Notes: a model not told the origin generated them from the sequence alone. A stretch of DNA of 64,000 bases from an uncultured Actinomycetota bacterium (GCA_963757225.1 CAVWQU010000017.1:8866-72865), one strand, 5' to 3'; shown: positions 1-10,840, counted from the stretch's first letter. Translations and numbers: made by a program.

Positions 1-1019
1 GGCTGAACCTGGTCCGCGAGCCAGCCGTGGTCGGCCAGCAGGTCGGCGAACTCCCGGACGGTGGACGCGTCGACGCCGTCAGGGTTGATCGGCAGCCGGA
101 ACATCGGCCGCTCGAGGTGCTCGAGCAGGGCGAGCTGCTCGGTCTCCTGGGCCACCCGCAGCGCATGGTCGCGCGCCTCGGCGATGAGCCCCTCGACGAG
201 AGGATCGGTGACCGTGAGCCCGGCGGCGTCGAGCCCGGCTCGGACCTTGGGTCGGCTGATGGTGCCCCGGGCAGCCGCGGCCAGCTCGCGCGGCCGCAGC
301 AGCGGCGCGCGGACCTGGTTGATGACGACGTCCCCGATGGGCAGGCGGGCGGCGCGGAGCTCGGTGACGGCGTCGACGGTCTCCTGGACCGGCATCTCCT
401 CCAGCAGCGTGACCACGTGCACCGCGGTCTGCGGGGACGTCAGCATCGTCGTGATCGAGTCGGCCTGGGACCGGATCGGCCCGACCTTGGCCAGGTCGGC
501 GACCTCCTCGTTCACCGAGAGGAACCGCACCACACGGCCGGTCGGCGGTGCGTCGAGGACGATCGCGTCGTAGGCCGGCGTCGTGTCGTGACGCGAGTGG
601 TGGCCGGCGGCGCGCCGGCGGTTCGCTTCGTAGACCTTGCCGATGAGCAGCACGTCCCGCACACCGGGAGCGATTGTCGTCGCGAAGTCGACCGCACCGA
701 ACCGTTCCAGCACCCCACCGGCCCGGCCGAGCTTGTAGAAGATCTGCAGGTACTCGATGAGGGCCGCCTTGGCGTCGACCGACAGGCCCCAGACCTCCCC
801 GCCGCCCGCGGCGCCCGCGATCCGGACCTCCTCGGTGGCCAGCGGCGGCACGTCGAAGGTCTGGCTGATGCCCTGCCGGCCCTCGACCTCGACCAACAGG
901 ACGCGGTGACCGCCGGAGGCCAGAGCCATGGCCATCGCCGCGGCCACCGTGGTCTTCCCGGTGCCGCCCTTGCCGGTCACGATGTGCAGCCGCACGCCGG
1001 ACGTGGTGCGCGCGGACAT
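1..1019 (-). CDS. ArsA/Get3-like anion-transporting ATPase (Rv3679-like), runs off the left edge
   Basis: Not in the ORF track. Manual translation from ATG at 1019 gives MSARTTSGVRLHIVTGKGGTGKTTVAAA...VLLVEVEGRQG, a deviant Walker A motif. Synteny with RidA/crp/nth. Confidence 0.85.
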   Translation of the reverse strand, partial: MSARTTSGVRLHIVTGKGGTGKTTVAAAMAMALASGGHRVLLVEVEGRQGISQTFDVPPLATEEVRIAGAAGGGEVWGLSVDAKAALIEYLQIFYKLGRAGGVLERFGAVDFATTIAPGVRDVLLIGKVYEANRRRAAGHHSRHDTTPAYDAIVLDAPPTGRVVRFLSVNEEVADLAKVGPIRSQADSITTMLTSPQTAVHVVTLLEEMPVQETVDAVTELRAARLPIGDVVINQVRAPLLRPRELAAAARGTISRPKVRAGLDAAGLTVTDPLVEGLIAEARDHALRVAQETEQLALLEHLERPMFRLPINPDGVDASTVREFADLLADHGWLADQVQ

Positions 1020-1029
1020 GCGGGTGACC

Positions 1030-1762
1030 CTACGACCCGGCCAACCGGGCCACCGCATCGAGGACCACCCGGAAGGCGGGCACGGCCGGCTCGATGAGCT
1101 CGTCGTGGCCGACACCGGGCAGCCGGAGCAGCTCGGGCCGATTCTCCAGGGCCTGCCGCTTGTCGTAGCTCACCGACACCGTCAAGCGGGACGGTGTCGT
1201 CGGCGTCGCCGTGGACCAGGACGACCGGCGCGAGAGGGACGTGGGCGGCGGGGTCGGCCGCCGTCCAGGACGCCGAGTCGGCGTCGCCCATGAACCGGGC
1301 CGCCGCTCCGTCGCCCAGCCCGAGCTCGTGCGTCAGCGCGAGGTCGACGCAGCCGGCGAGCGCGACGACTCCCGCCAGCGACCGCGCCTCGGGTCGGGTC
1401 GCCGCGAGCGTGACGAGGTGGCCGCCGGCCGAGTGACCCACGAGGACGAGGCGGTCCGGCAGGGCCGGGTCGGCCAGGACCGCGTCGACCGCCGCCGAGA
1501 TGTCGGCGAACGTCCCGGGCCAGCCGCCCCCCCGCATACCGGTCCGTCGGTACTCGACCACGGCGACGTGGTGCCCGGCACCGGCGAAGGCCTGCGCCTG
1601 GGGCGCCGCGTGGGTGCGGTCCCACTCGGGCTTCCAGAAGCCGCCGTGGACGACGACGACGGTCGTGCCGGTGGGATCGGTGGTGGGCATCCGGACGTCG
1701 TAGACCTGGTCGGGGTCGATCCCGTATGCGGTCGTATGGCTCGGGGGTGCGACGTCGGGCAT
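1030..1762 (-). pseudogene. Alpha/beta hydrolase (esterase/lipase) with apparent +1 frameshift near 1180
   Basis: HGGFW, GHSAGG and HGDADDTVP motifs. The C-terminal His motif (GVGHDELIEP) continues in another frame to TAG at 1030. Length 733 = 3n+1. Confidence 0.75.
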
Positions 1763-1793
1763 GAGGGGACCCTGCCATGGGTAGCGTGCCTTC

Positions 1794-2537
1794 GTGGCGG
1801 TCACCTGGCTGACGGCGTTCCTCGACACGGCGGCTCCGGAGGCGGTGGCGACCGAGGCGTACTGGGTCGCCGTCACCGGCTGGCCCCTGTCGGCGCGGCG
1901 GGGCGTGGACGGGGAGTTCGCCAGCCTGGAGCCGCCGGACGGGGACGGTCCGGTGCGGGTCCAGGTCGTCGGGGCGCAGCCTCCGGGCGGGATGCACCTC
2001 GACGTGCACACCGACGACGTGGACGGGCTGGTCGCGGCGGCGAGGGGGCTCGGGGCCGAGCTGCACGACACCGGGCAGGGCTACGTGGTGGGCCGCTCGC
2101 CCGGCGGGCTGGTCTTCTGCATCGTCCCGCACCGCAGCGGGCAGCGCCCCGGACCGGTGGGCTGGCCGGGTGGGGCGAGCCTCGTGGACCAGGTGTGCCT
2201 CGACATCCCGCCGGCCGTCTTCGACGCCGAGGCCGGGTTCTGGTCGCAGCTGACGTCGTGGCCGCACGTGGAGGGCGGCTCGCCGCAGTTCGACCGCATC
2301 CTGCCGCCGCCGGGCCAGCCGCTGCGGGTGTTGCTGCAGCGCACCGACGACGAGGCCGCACCGGTGCGGATGCACCTCGACCTCGCCAGCGAGGACCGCG
2401 ACGCCGAGGTCGCTCGGCACGTGGAGCTGGGTGGCCGGGTGGTCCGCCGCACCGACAACTGGACCACCCTGCTCGACCCCAGCGGTCGGGCCTACTGCGT
2501 CACCCGGCGCAGCCCGGTCTCCGGCACGCTGCCCTGA
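1794..2537 (+). CDS. VOC/glyoxalase-like family protein (tandem domains)
   Basis: Two repeats with MHLDV/MHLDL and LDPSGRAYC motifs. Confidence 0.8.
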   Translation: MAVTWLTAFLDTAAPEAVATEAYWVAVTGWPLSARRGVDGEFASLEPPDGDGPVRVQVVGAQPPGGMHLDVHTDDVDGLVAAARGLGAELHDTGQGYVVGRSPGGLVFCIVPHRSGQRPGPVGWPGGASLVDQVCLDIPPAVFDAEAGFWSQLTSWPHVEGGSPQFDRILPPPGQPLRVLLQRTDDEAAPVRMHLDLASEDRDAEVARHVELGGRVVRRTDNWTTLLDPSGRAYCVTRRSPVSGTLP

Positions 2538-2540
2538 GGT

Positions 2541-3101
2541 TCACGCCGGCTGGGCCGACGCGGCGTCGAGCTCCTTGCCCACGCTGCGAGCCATGAGGGC
2601 GGCGATGACGAGCACGATGCCCCAGATGATCGCGAGGATGGCGATCCAGATGACGATGGACAGGACGCCGACGCCCGGACGGGCCACGAACAGGATCCCG
2701 ATGAGCAGGGACAGCGCCGCGGCCACGAGCAGCATCCACCGCGGGCGGGTACGGGTGCTGGAGAAGGCGCCGAACGCCTGGAAGATCGCCCCGATGATGA
2801 ACCAGATCCCGAGGATCCAGGTGAGCACGACCGCCACGTCGAACGGGTGGATCACCGCGAGCAGGCCGGCGAGGATCGAGACGGCGCCGAAGAGGATGAG
2901 CCAGCCCCTGCCGGTGGCGTCCCTGGTGAACGCGCCGACGATGTAGACGAGTCCGGCGAGGAGCGCCCAGCAGCCCCACAGCACTGTGAACGCGACGGCC
3001 GTGACGTCCGGCCAGACGATCGCCATGATGCCGAAGACGATGGCGACGATCCCCAGGACGAGGAGCATCACCCAGTTGCGGTCGAGCCAGTTCTTCTCCA
3101 T
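2541..3101 (-). CDS. HdeD/DUF308 family membrane protein
   Basis: Six hydrophobic segments with LGIVAIVFG...WP repeats. Confidence 0.8.
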   Translation of the reverse strand: MEKNWLDRNWVMLLVLGIVAIVFGIMAIVWPDVTAVAFTVLWGCWALLAGLVYIVGAFTRDATGRGWLILFGAVSILAGLLAVIHPFDVAVVLTWILGIWFIIGAIFQAFGAFSSTRTRPRWMLLVAAALSLLIGILFVARPGVGVLSIVIWIAILAIIWGIVLVIAALMARSVGKELDAASAQPA

Positions 3102-3195
3102 GGAAGGAGCGTGACAGCACCAGGGGCCTCAGCACTCACACATCGGGGTGAAACACCGCGTGTCGCGGTGTCCGAGCGACCCCTACAGTGACGCC

Positions 3196-3351
3196 ATGAC
3201 GAAGTGGGAGTACGCCACGGTTCCGCTGATGATCCACGCCACCAAGCAGATCCTCGACAACTGGGGCGAGGACGGGTGGGAGCTGGTCCAGGTGGTGACC
3301 GGCCCGGACGGCAACGGTCTCGTGGCCTACCTGAAGCGACCGAAGGGCTGA
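3196..3351 (+). CDS. DUF4177 small protein (Rv3678A-like)
   Basis: MTKWEYATVPL...ILDNWGEDGWELVQV; conserved position upstream of RidA. Confidence 0.85.
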   Translation: MTKWEYATVPLMIHATKQILDNWGEDGWELVQVVTGPDGNGLVAYLKRPKG

Positions 3352-3359
3352 GGCGCGCG

Positions 3360-3833
3360 ATGAGTGCTGTCGAAGACCGGCTGGCCGAGCTCGGGCTCAG
3401 CGTCCCGGACGTGGCGACCCCCGCCGGCGCCTACGTCCCCGCCCTGCGCGAGGGCAACCTCGTCTTCACCTCCGGTCAGCTGCCGATGGTGTCCGGCGAC
3501 CTCCCCCAGACCGGCAAGGTCGGCGACGGGCATGGACTGGTCCCCGCGGACGACGCCAAGGCCCTCGCCCAGATCTGCGCGCTCAATGCGATCGCGGCGG
3601 TCAAGTCGGTCGTCGGTGACCTCGACTCGGTGACCCGCGTGGTCAAGGTGGTCGGGTTCGTCGCGTCGGACCCGTCGTTCACCGGCCAGCCCGGTGTCAT
3701 CAACGGCGCCAGCGAGCTGCTCGGCCGGGCCTTCGGCGACGCCGGCGTCCACGCGCGGTCGGCGGTCGGTGTGGCGTCGCTGCCGCTCGACTCGCCGGTC
3801 GAGGTGGAGATCGTCGTCGCGGTCGCCGACTGA
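3360..3833 (+). CDS. RidA/YjgF family protein
   Basis: VFTSGQLP, VVKVVGFVAS, HARSAVGVASLPLDSPVEVE. Confidence 0.9.
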   Translation: MSAVEDRLAELGLSVPDVATPAGAYVPALREGNLVFTSGQLPMVSGDLPQTGKVGDGHGLVPADDAKALAQICALNAIAAVKSVVGDLDSVTRVVKVVGFVASDPSFTGQPGVINGASELLGRAFGDAGVHARSAVGVASLPLDSPVEVEIVVAVAD

Positions 3834-3843
3834 CGCGGTCGCC

Positions 3844-4671
3844 GTGACGGTTCGTGACTTCGCGCCCGGAGTCCTCGGGCCGCAGGCCGCCGCCTGGCTC
3901 GCCGGGCAGCGCAGCGACGCCGCCCGGCCCCGGTATGCGTCGACGGTGATGCTCGTCCGCGACGCCGCCGACGCGCGGGTCGAGGTGTTCATGCTGCGCC
4001 GGGTGGCCACCATGGCGTTCGCGCCACGGACGTGGGTGTTCCCGGGCGGCGGCGTCGATCCGCGCGACGACGCCGCCGACCTGCCGTGGGCCGGGCCGCA
4101 GCCGCGCGAGTGGGCCGCCCTGTTGGGGTGTGAGGAAGGTCTTGCTCGGGCGCTGGTCTGCGCCGCCGTGCGTGAGGTGTTCGAGGAGTGCGGGGTCCTG
4201 CTCGCCGGACCCTCGACCGACACCGTGGTCGCCGACCTGCGGGACCCGGAGTGGGACGCCGAACGGGCTGCGCTGCTGTCCAAGGAGCAGTCCTTCGCCG
4301 AGCTGCTCCTGCGGCGCGGACTGGTGCTGCGCTCCGACCTGCTCTCGGTGCAGGCTCGTTGGGTGACGCCGGAGTTCGAGCCGAGGCGCTACGACACGTT
4401 CATCTTCGCCGCCCTCCTGCCCGACGGCCAGATTCCCGACGACGACACCTCCGAGGCCGACCACGCAGACTGGACCGACCCAGCAGAGCTGCTTGCCGCA
4501 TACGGGATGGGCGAGGCGATCCTGCTGCCGCCGACCGTCGTTGCGGTCGAATGGGTCCGCGACGCCACCGCCGCCGCGGACCTCGTCACCACCTCCCGGC
4601 CGACCCGCGCGGTCATGCCGCAGCTGGTCGAGGTGGCCGGCCAGCCGATGATCCGGGCGGATCTGCCGTAG
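3844..4671 (+). CDS. NUDIX hydrolase
   Basis: VFPGGGVD...AAVREVFEECG Nudix box; RWVTPEFEPRRYDT. Start inferred. Confidence 0.85.
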   Translation: MTVRDFAPGVLGPQAAAWLAGQRSDAARPRYASTVMLVRDAADARVEVFMLRRVATMAFAPRTWVFPGGGVDPRDDAADLPWAGPQPREWAALLGCEEGLARALVCAAVREVFEECGVLLAGPSTDTVVADLRDPEWDAERAALLSKEQSFAELLLRRGLVLRSDLLSVQARWVTPEFEPRRYDTFIFAALLPDGQIPDDDTSEADHADWTDPAELLAAYGMGEAILLPPTVVAVEWVRDATAAADLVTTSRPTRAVMPQLVEVAGQPMIRADLP

Positions 4672-4680
4672 GCCTCAACC

Positions 4681-4766
4681 GCCGCTCGGCTCGGCTGTGA
4701 GCCGAGCGGCTCGGCTACCGGAATGTGGTGAGCCAAGGTGCTGGGCTGCGAGCCGAGCCGAACGGC
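4681..4766. repeat. Imperfect palindromic intergenic element (REP/MITE-like)
   Basis: GCCGCTCGGCTCGGCT (4681-4696) and AGCCGAGCCGAACGGC (4751-4766) form a 15/16 inverted repeat, with internal GCTCGGCT/AGCCGAGC units. Confidence 0.6.
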
Positions 4767-4785
4767 AGGCACTAGCGTCACGTCC

Positions 4786-5598
4786 GTGGAGGCGGACGGC
4801 TGGCAGTCCGGAGCAGTGAGCGAGCGGGCCTACTGCCTGCTCGCCCCCAACCCCGGCCCGATGACCCTCGAGGGCACGAACACGTGGGTCCTGCTCGAAC
4901 CCGGCTCGACCGAGGCCGTCGTCGTCGACCCCGGCCCGCTGGACCTGGAGCACCTCGAACGTGTGCTGCGGTTCGTCGAGGATCGGGGCGCCCGAGTGGC
5001 TTTGACCCTCCTGACCCATCACCACCTCGACCACGCGGAGGCGGCAGAGCACTTCGCGGCCCAGACCGCGGCGCCGGTCCGCGCCATCGGAACCGGGCAC
5101 GACGACCTGGCCGACGGGGAGACGGTGCGGGTCGGCGGGCTGGAGGTCACCGTCGTCACCACCCCCGGGCATACCGGTGACTCGGTCTCGTTCCTGCTGC
5201 CGGCCGAGTCGGCGCTGCTGACCGGCGACACCGTCCTCGGCCGGGGGACGACGGTGGTGGCGTGGCCGGACGGTGAGCTCGCCGCATACCTCGCGTCGTT
5301 GAATCGGATCGAACGCCTCGCGGCGTCCGGGGAGGCGGCGCGGATCCTGCCCGGCCACGGTCCCCTGGTGCCCGACGCGGCGGCCACCGTCCGGTTCTAC
5401 CTCGACCACCGGGCCGAGCGGCTCGACGAGGTCCGGGCGGCTCTGGCGGCCGGCGACACGGAGCCCCGACAGGTCGTCGCGCGGGTCTACGCGGACGTGC
5501 CGAAGGAGGTCTGGCCCTACGCCGAGCTGAGCGTCAGAGCCCAGCTGGACTACCTGCGGTACCGGTCCGCAGACGGCGGACGTAACGTGAATGAGTGA
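4786..5598 (+). CDS. MBL-fold metallo-hydrolase (Rv3677c-like)
   Basis: NPGPMTLEGTNTW, THHHLDH, TPGHTGD, LTGD, LPGHG. Confidence 0.9.
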   Translation: MEADGWQSGAVSERAYCLLAPNPGPMTLEGTNTWVLLEPGSTEAVVVDPGPLDLEHLERVLRFVEDRGARVALTLLTHHHLDHAEAAEHFAAQTAAPVRAIGTGHDDLADGETVRVGGLEVTVVTTPGHTGDSVSFLLPAESALLTGDTVLGRGTTVVAWPDGELAAYLASLNRIERLAASGEAARILPGHGPLVPDAAATVRFYLDHRAERLDEVRAALAAGDTEPRQVVARVYADVPKEVWPYAELSVRAQLDYLRYRSADGGRNVNE

Positions 5599-6999
5599 CC
5601 CACCACCCTGAGCCCGCCACCATCGGGCAGCTGCGCGCCTCCGGACACGAGCCGCGCACCGTCAAGGCCGAGATCCGCGCGAACCTCGTCCGTCTCCTCC
5701 GAGCGGGGGAGAACCCCTTCCCCGGGATCGTCGGGTTCGACGACAGCGTCCTGCCCGACGTCCAGCGGGCCCTGCTCGCGGGACACGACATGGTCCTGCT
5801 CGGCGAGCGCGGCCAGGGCAAGACCCGGCTGATGCGGACCATCGGCGGCCTCCTCGACGAGTGGTCGCCCTACATCGCCGGCTGCGAGATCCACGACGAG
5901 CCTCTGGCGCCCATCTGCCAGCGCTGCCGCACGCTGGTCGCCGCCTCGGAGAACGACGGTGACGACGTGCCGATCGAGTGGCGGCATCGCGACGACCGCT
6001 ACACCGAGAAGCTCGCGACTCCCGACACCAGCGTCGGCGACCTCGTCGGCGACGTCGACCCGACCAAGGTCGCCGAGGGCCGCACGCTCGGCGACCCCGA
6101 GACGATCCACTACGGGCTGCTGCCCCGGGCGCACCGTGGCGTCTTCGCCATCAACGAGCTGCCCGACCTCGCCGAACGCATCCAGGTCGCGCTGTTCAAC
6201 GTGCTGGAGGAGCGCGACATCCAGGTCCGCGGGTATGCGGTCCGGCTCCCGCTGGACGTCCTGGTGGTCGCCTCGGCGAACCCCGAGGACTACACCAACC
6301 GCGGCCGGATCATCACCCCGCTCAAGGACCGGTTCGGCTCCGAGGTCCGCACCCACTACCTCGACGACGTGGACGAGGAGGTCGCGCTGATCACGCCAGG
6401 AGGCCGGACTCGTGGCGGCGGTGCCCGCCCACCTGCTCGAGGTCATCGCCCGGCTGGTCATGGAGCTGCGGACGTCGTCCTCGGTCGACCAGCGCTCCGG
6501 CGTCTCGGCGCGGTTCGCCATCGCGGCGGCCGAGGCGACGTCGGCGTCCGCGCTGCGGCGGGCGGCGCTGACCGGCGAGGAGGACGCGGTGGCGCGCATC
6601 GGCGACCTCGCCGACGTGCTGCCGACGCTGCGCGGCAAGGTCGAGTTCGAGATGGGCGAGGAGGGCCGCGAGCTCGAGGTCATCGGCCACCTGCTGCGCC
6701 TCTCGACGGCGGCGACCTTCCGGGAGCGGGTTGCTGGCACGGACCTGTCCGGCGTGACGGCGCACTTCGAGGACGGCTCGGTCGTGGAGACCGGTGACCT
6801 CGTCCCGGCGACGACGCTGCTGTCGCAGCTGGGTACGACGCCCGGGTTGGCGGCGATCCTGGCCCGGCTCGGCGTCGGCGAGGACTCGGTGTCGCCGGGT
6901 CAGGTGGCGGCGGCGGTCGAGTTCGTCCTCGAGGGCCTGCACCTGACGAGGCGGCTGTCCAAGGTCCAGGCCGACGGCCAGACGATCTACGGGAGCTGA
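5595..6999 (+). pseudogene. AAA+ ATPase, Mg-chelatase/MoxR-like (Rv0958-like), apparent +1 frameshift near 6396
   Basis: GERGQGKT and INELPDL in frame 1; the C-terminal half (SGVSARF...EFVLEGLHL) lies in ORF 6412-6999. Junction reads ATC ACG c CAG GAG. Confidence 0.85.
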
Positions 7000-7000
7000 C

Positions 7001-9004
7001 GTGCCCTCCGGGAGGCATCGCGCCGGGCGCTACCGCTACGGCTCCTGGGACGGCGGCGCCGACCCGCTGGCGCCACCGTTCGACGTCCGGGCGGCGGTGG
7101 ACGAGATCGGGCACGACGTCATGGAGGGCTCCTCGCTGCGCGAGGCCATGGAGCGCCTCATGCGGCGCGGTCTCGGCGACCGGGCCGGGCTCGACGAGCT
7201 GCGCCGCGAGCTGGCCCGCCGGCGGCGTGAGGTGGAGCGGCGCGGCAACCTGGCCGGAACCCTCGACCAGGTCCGCGAGGAGCTCGACCAGGCACTGTCC
7301 GCTGAGCGGGAGTTCCTGGCCGGCCGCGACGGCGACGACGCCCGGCTCGCCGAGATGTCGCTCGACACGTTGCCGGAGGACACCGCCGGCCAGGTCCGGG
7401 AGCTGAACGACTACCAGTGGCGCAGCGCCGAGGGGCAGCAGCACTGGCAGAACGTGCTCGACCTGCTGCGCAAGGAGGTTCTCGACGCGCAGTTCGCCGG
7501 GATGAAGGAGGCCCTCTCGGGTCAGAACCCGGCCGCCATGGAGGCGGTCCGGGAGATGATGGCCGACCTCAACGCGTTGCTGGCCAAGCACGCTCGCGGG
7601 GAGGACACGACCGAGGACTTCGACCAGTTCATGGAGAAGCACGGTGAGTTCTTCCCCGAGAACCCGAAGGACGTCGACGAGCTCATCGACGCGCTCGCCC
7701 GGCGTCAGGCCGCCGCCGAGCGGATGATGCGCTCGCTCTCTCGCGAACAGCGCGAGGAGCTCGCTGGCCTCATGCAGCAGGCCATGCAGGACATGGGCCT
7801 CGAGATGGAGATGACCCAGCTGGCCGACTCGCTCCGGTCGCTGCGACCCGGGATGTTCCGCGGCCGCCAGCCGGCCGACATCGACGGCAACGAGTCCCTC
7901 GGCATGGGCGACGCGGTCGGCGCCGTGGCCGACCTCGCCGACCTCGAGGCGCTGGAGAACCAGCTGTCCCAGGCGTCGGCGCTCGGCAGCGGCCTCGACG
8001 ACGTCGACGTCGACACCCTGGAGCGGCAGTTGCCCGGGTCGTCGGTCCGCGACTTCGAGGCGCTGCGCGAGCTCGAGCGCGAGCTGGAGCGACAGGGCTA
8101 CCTCCGGTCCGACTCCGACGGACTGTCGTTGACCCCCAAGGCGTTGCGGCGGTTGGGCGAGACGGCGCTGCGCCGGATCTTCCAGCACCTCGACGCCGAC
8201 GCGTCCGGCTCGCACGTCGACCCGCGGTCGGGCGGCGCCGACGAGCGCACCGGCGCATACCTGCCGTGGGAGTTCGGCGACGAGCGGCCGCTCGACGCGG
8301 TACGGACGGTCCAGAACGCCGTGCTGCGCCGCGCGGGTTTAGGTATGCCTCGCGACGGTGAGGATCGCGGCATACGGCTCGAGGTCGAGGACTTCGCCGT
8401 AGCCGAGACCACGCGCCGCACGGGCGCGGCGGTCGCACTCCTCGTGGACCTGTCGTTCTCGATGATCCAGGAGGGCCGCTGGGGCCCCATGAAGCAGACG
8501 GCGCTCGCGCTGTCGCACCTCATCCAGAGCCGGTTCCGCCAGGACGCACTGCAGATCATCGGGTTCGACCGGACCGCGCGACCGCTCACCCCGATGCAGC
8601 TGGCCGAGGTCGAGCCGCAGTGGATCCAGGGCACCAACCTCCACCACGCCCTGCTCCTCGCGGGTCGTCACGTGCGCCGCCACCCCGAGGCCGAGCCCGT
8701 CGTCCTCATCGTCACCGACGGTGAGCCGACTGCCCACCTCGAGGCGGACGGCCTGCCGGTGTTCCAGTGGCCCACGACCCCAGAGACGGTCCGCGCCACT
8801 GTCGGCGAGGTCGACGCGCTGACCCGCTACGGGGTCGCGCTGAACTTCTTCCTTCTCGGCGACGACCCGGGCCTGGCCCGGTTCGTCGACTCGGTCGCGC
8901 GGCGCAACGGCGGACGGGTCTTCACCCCCGACGTCGGCCGGCTCGGTGAGTACGTCGTCGCCGACTACCTTCGCGCCCGTGCGGGACGGCGCCGTTCGGC
9001 CTGA
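7001..9004 (+). CDS. VWA domain protein (Rv0959-like), partner of the AAA ATPase
   Basis: MIDAS DLSFS, GTNLHHAL, VTDGEPT. Confidence 0.88.
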   Translation: MPSGRHRAGRYRYGSWDGGADPLAPPFDVRAAVDEIGHDVMEGSSLREAMERLMRRGLGDRAGLDELRRELARRRREVERRGNLAGTLDQVREELDQALSAEREFLAGRDGDDARLAEMSLDTLPEDTAGQVRELNDYQWRSAEGQQHWQNVLDLLRKEVLDAQFAGMKEALSGQNPAAMEAVREMMADLNALLAKHARGEDTTEDFDQFMEKHGEFFPENPKDVDELIDALARRQAAAERMMRSLSREQREELAGLMQQAMQDMGLEMEMTQLADSLRSLRPGMFRGRQPADIDGNESLGMGDAVGAVADLADLEALENQLSQASALGSGLDDVDVDTLERQLPGSSVRDFEALRELERELERQGYLRSDSDGLSLTPKALRRLGETALRRIFQHLDADASGSHVDPRSGGADERTGAYLPWEFGDERPLDAVRTVQNAVLRRAGLGMPRDGEDRGIRLEVEDFAVAETTRRTGAAVALLVDLSFSMIQEGRWGPMKQTALALSHLIQSRFRQDALQIIGFDRTARPLTPMQLAEVEPQWIQGTNLHHALLLAGRHVRRHPEAEPVVLIVTDGEPTAHLEADGLPVFQWPTTPETVRATVGEVDALTRYGVALNFFLLGDDPGLARFVDSVARRNGGRVFTPDVGRLGEYVVADYLRARAGRRRSA

Positions 9005-9067
9005 CGGGCGTCCCCCAAGCCGCACCTGGGCCGTGGGATGTGTGACGCTGCAGGTGCGACCACACCG

Positions 9068-9104
9068 GTCGTACGCGCGTACGACACCGTGACCTGAATG
9101 TGAC
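9068..9104 (+). promoter_or_regulatory. 18-bp perfect palindrome plus GTGAC-n6-GTGAC box (MtrA/GlnR-type) upstream of the secreted peptidase
   Basis: GTCGTACGCGCGTACGAC at 9068-9085; GTGAC ctgaat GTGAC at 9089-9104. Confidence 0.4.
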
Positions 9105-9136
9105 TTTTGCGGCTGACTGTGGTTCGGTGGTCAGCA

Positions 9137-10055
9137 ATGTCTGCGACTCCACCACCCCCGTCGACGGGCCGCGAGGCCTCCGGCCGCCACCGCGGCAGCG
9201 CTCTCCCGGTGACCCTCCCGAAGACCGACCGCTGGCGCTCCCTGCCCTGGCGCACGGTCGGCCTGCGTTCGGCTGCGGGCCTTGCCCTGGTCGTCGGCGC
9301 GGGTGTCGTGACGCTGGGTCCGGCTCGCGTCCCCGAAGGGGCGGCCACGCCGGCTGCCGCACAGATCGGCACCGCCGACGCCGCCCAGCTGGACGCTGCC
9401 GCCATGTCGCTGCGGCTGTCGGAGCGGTCCAGCCGGTCCGGTCGGTCGGAGCTGCTCCTCACCGAGGCGCTCGGCCCGGAGGAGGCGGCCCACCCCCAGG
9501 CCCGCGTGAACCCGGCGGCCCCGATCCCCACCTCCGGCCCCACCGCCCGCTCCGGCCCCGACGCCCACGCCGACCCCGGCGCCAACGCCCACGGCGAAGA
9601 CCACGCCGAAGCCGACCGCCACCCCGTCGCCCCCGTCGCCCAAGGCCTCGGCCGCTCCGGCGACGCCGACCGGCATCTCACAGGCCGCCTGTGCGTCCGG
9701 GTCCGCCGTCGAGTCCGGCCTGACCAAGGACGCCATCCGGGTGCACCGCGCCGTCTGCGCGCTGTTCTCGGGTGTCACCGGGTGGGGCGGCCGTACCGGC
9801 AGTGGTGGCGAGCACAGCAGCGGCCAGGCGCTGGACATCATGATTCCCAACAGCTCGGTCGGCCAGGCCATCGCCAACTACGTCCGCGCGAACTACAAGG
9901 CCCTCGGTGTCAGCGAGGTCATCTGGTCGCAGCACATCTGGACCGTCCAGCGCTCGGGCGAGGGCTGGCGAGCCATGCCGGACCGTGGGTCGACGACGGC
10001 CAACCACTACGACCACGTCCACGTGACGGTCTACGGGAGCTCGGGCACCGTCTGA
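9137..10055 (+). pseudogene. Membrane-anchored/secreted protein with Pro/Thr linker and C-terminal M15-like metallopeptidase domain; apparent frameshift near 9527
   Basis: TM segment, PTPTPAP linker, then EHSSGQALDIM and NHYDHVHV. Frame change in a C-run; length 919 = 3n+1. Confidence 0.7.
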
Positions 10056-10070
10056 GCGACGGGCCAGCAG

Positions 10071-10748
10071 CTAGCGAGCTCTGCGCCGCAGCCGGTCGAC
10101 GTCGAGCAGCAGCACCGCTCGCGCCTCGAGCTTGAGCCAGCCCCGGCCGGCGAAGTCGGCGAGCGCCTTGTTGACCGTCTCGCGGGACGCGCCGACCAGC
10201 TGGGCCAGCTCCTCCTGCGTGAGGTCGTGGCTGACCATGACCCCCTCCTCCACCGGCCGCCCGAACCGCTCGGCGAGGTCCAGCAGCGCCTTGGCCACCC
10301 GGCCGGGCACGTCGGTGAAGACGAGGTCCGCGAGGTGCTCGTTGGTTCGGCGCAGCCGCTGGGCCAGGGCCGCGAGCAACGCCTTGGCGACCTCGGGCCG
10401 CCCGGTCAGCAGGCCGGTGAGGGAGTCGTTGCCCAGCCCGAGGAGCTGCGTCTCGGCCACCGCGGTGGCGGTCATCGTGCGGGGGCCGGGGTCGAACAGG
10501 CTCAGCTCGCCGAACATCTCGCCGGGCCCGAGGATCGCCACGAGGTTCTCGCGGCCGTCGGAGCTGGACCGGCCGAGCTTGATCTTGCCCTCGCCGATGA
10601 CGTAGAGCGAGTCACCGGTCTCGCCCTCCCGGAAGAGGATGTCGCCGCGTTCCATGCGGGCCGGCGTCATCTGGGCCAGCAGCGCCTCGGCGTCCTCGCT
10701 GTCCAGGGCCGCGAAGAGCGGTGCCCTGCGCACAACCTCGTGGTCCAC
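10071..10748 (-). CDS. crp: Crp/Fnr family regulator (GlxR/Rv3676 orthologue)
   Basis: [16 protein letters not shown] cNMP domain and [22 protein letters not shown]. Confidence 0.95.
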   Translation of the reverse strand: MDHEVVRRAPLFAALDSEDAEALLAQMTPARMERGDILFREGETGDSLYVIGEGKIKLGRSSSDGRENLVAILGPGEMFGELSLFDPGPRTMTATAVAETQLLGLGNDSLTGLLTGRPEVAKALLAALAQRLRRTNEHLADLVFTDVPGRVAKALLDLAERFGRPVEEGVMVSHDLTQEELAQLVGASRETVNKALADFAGRGWLKLEARAVLLLDVDRLRRRAR

Positions 10749-10840
10749 GCGCACAGTGTGCCAGAACGGTCGGTTTGCGCCCCTCGACCACCGCGGCGCC
10801 CGGGGCCGGGACTGACAGCCGCGGGATCTACTCTGCTCGG

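Noticed and set aside
3105-3160. CRP/GlxR site in the HdeD/DUF4177 spacer
   Set aside because: GTGA and TCAC half-sites are not at the required 6-bp spacing.
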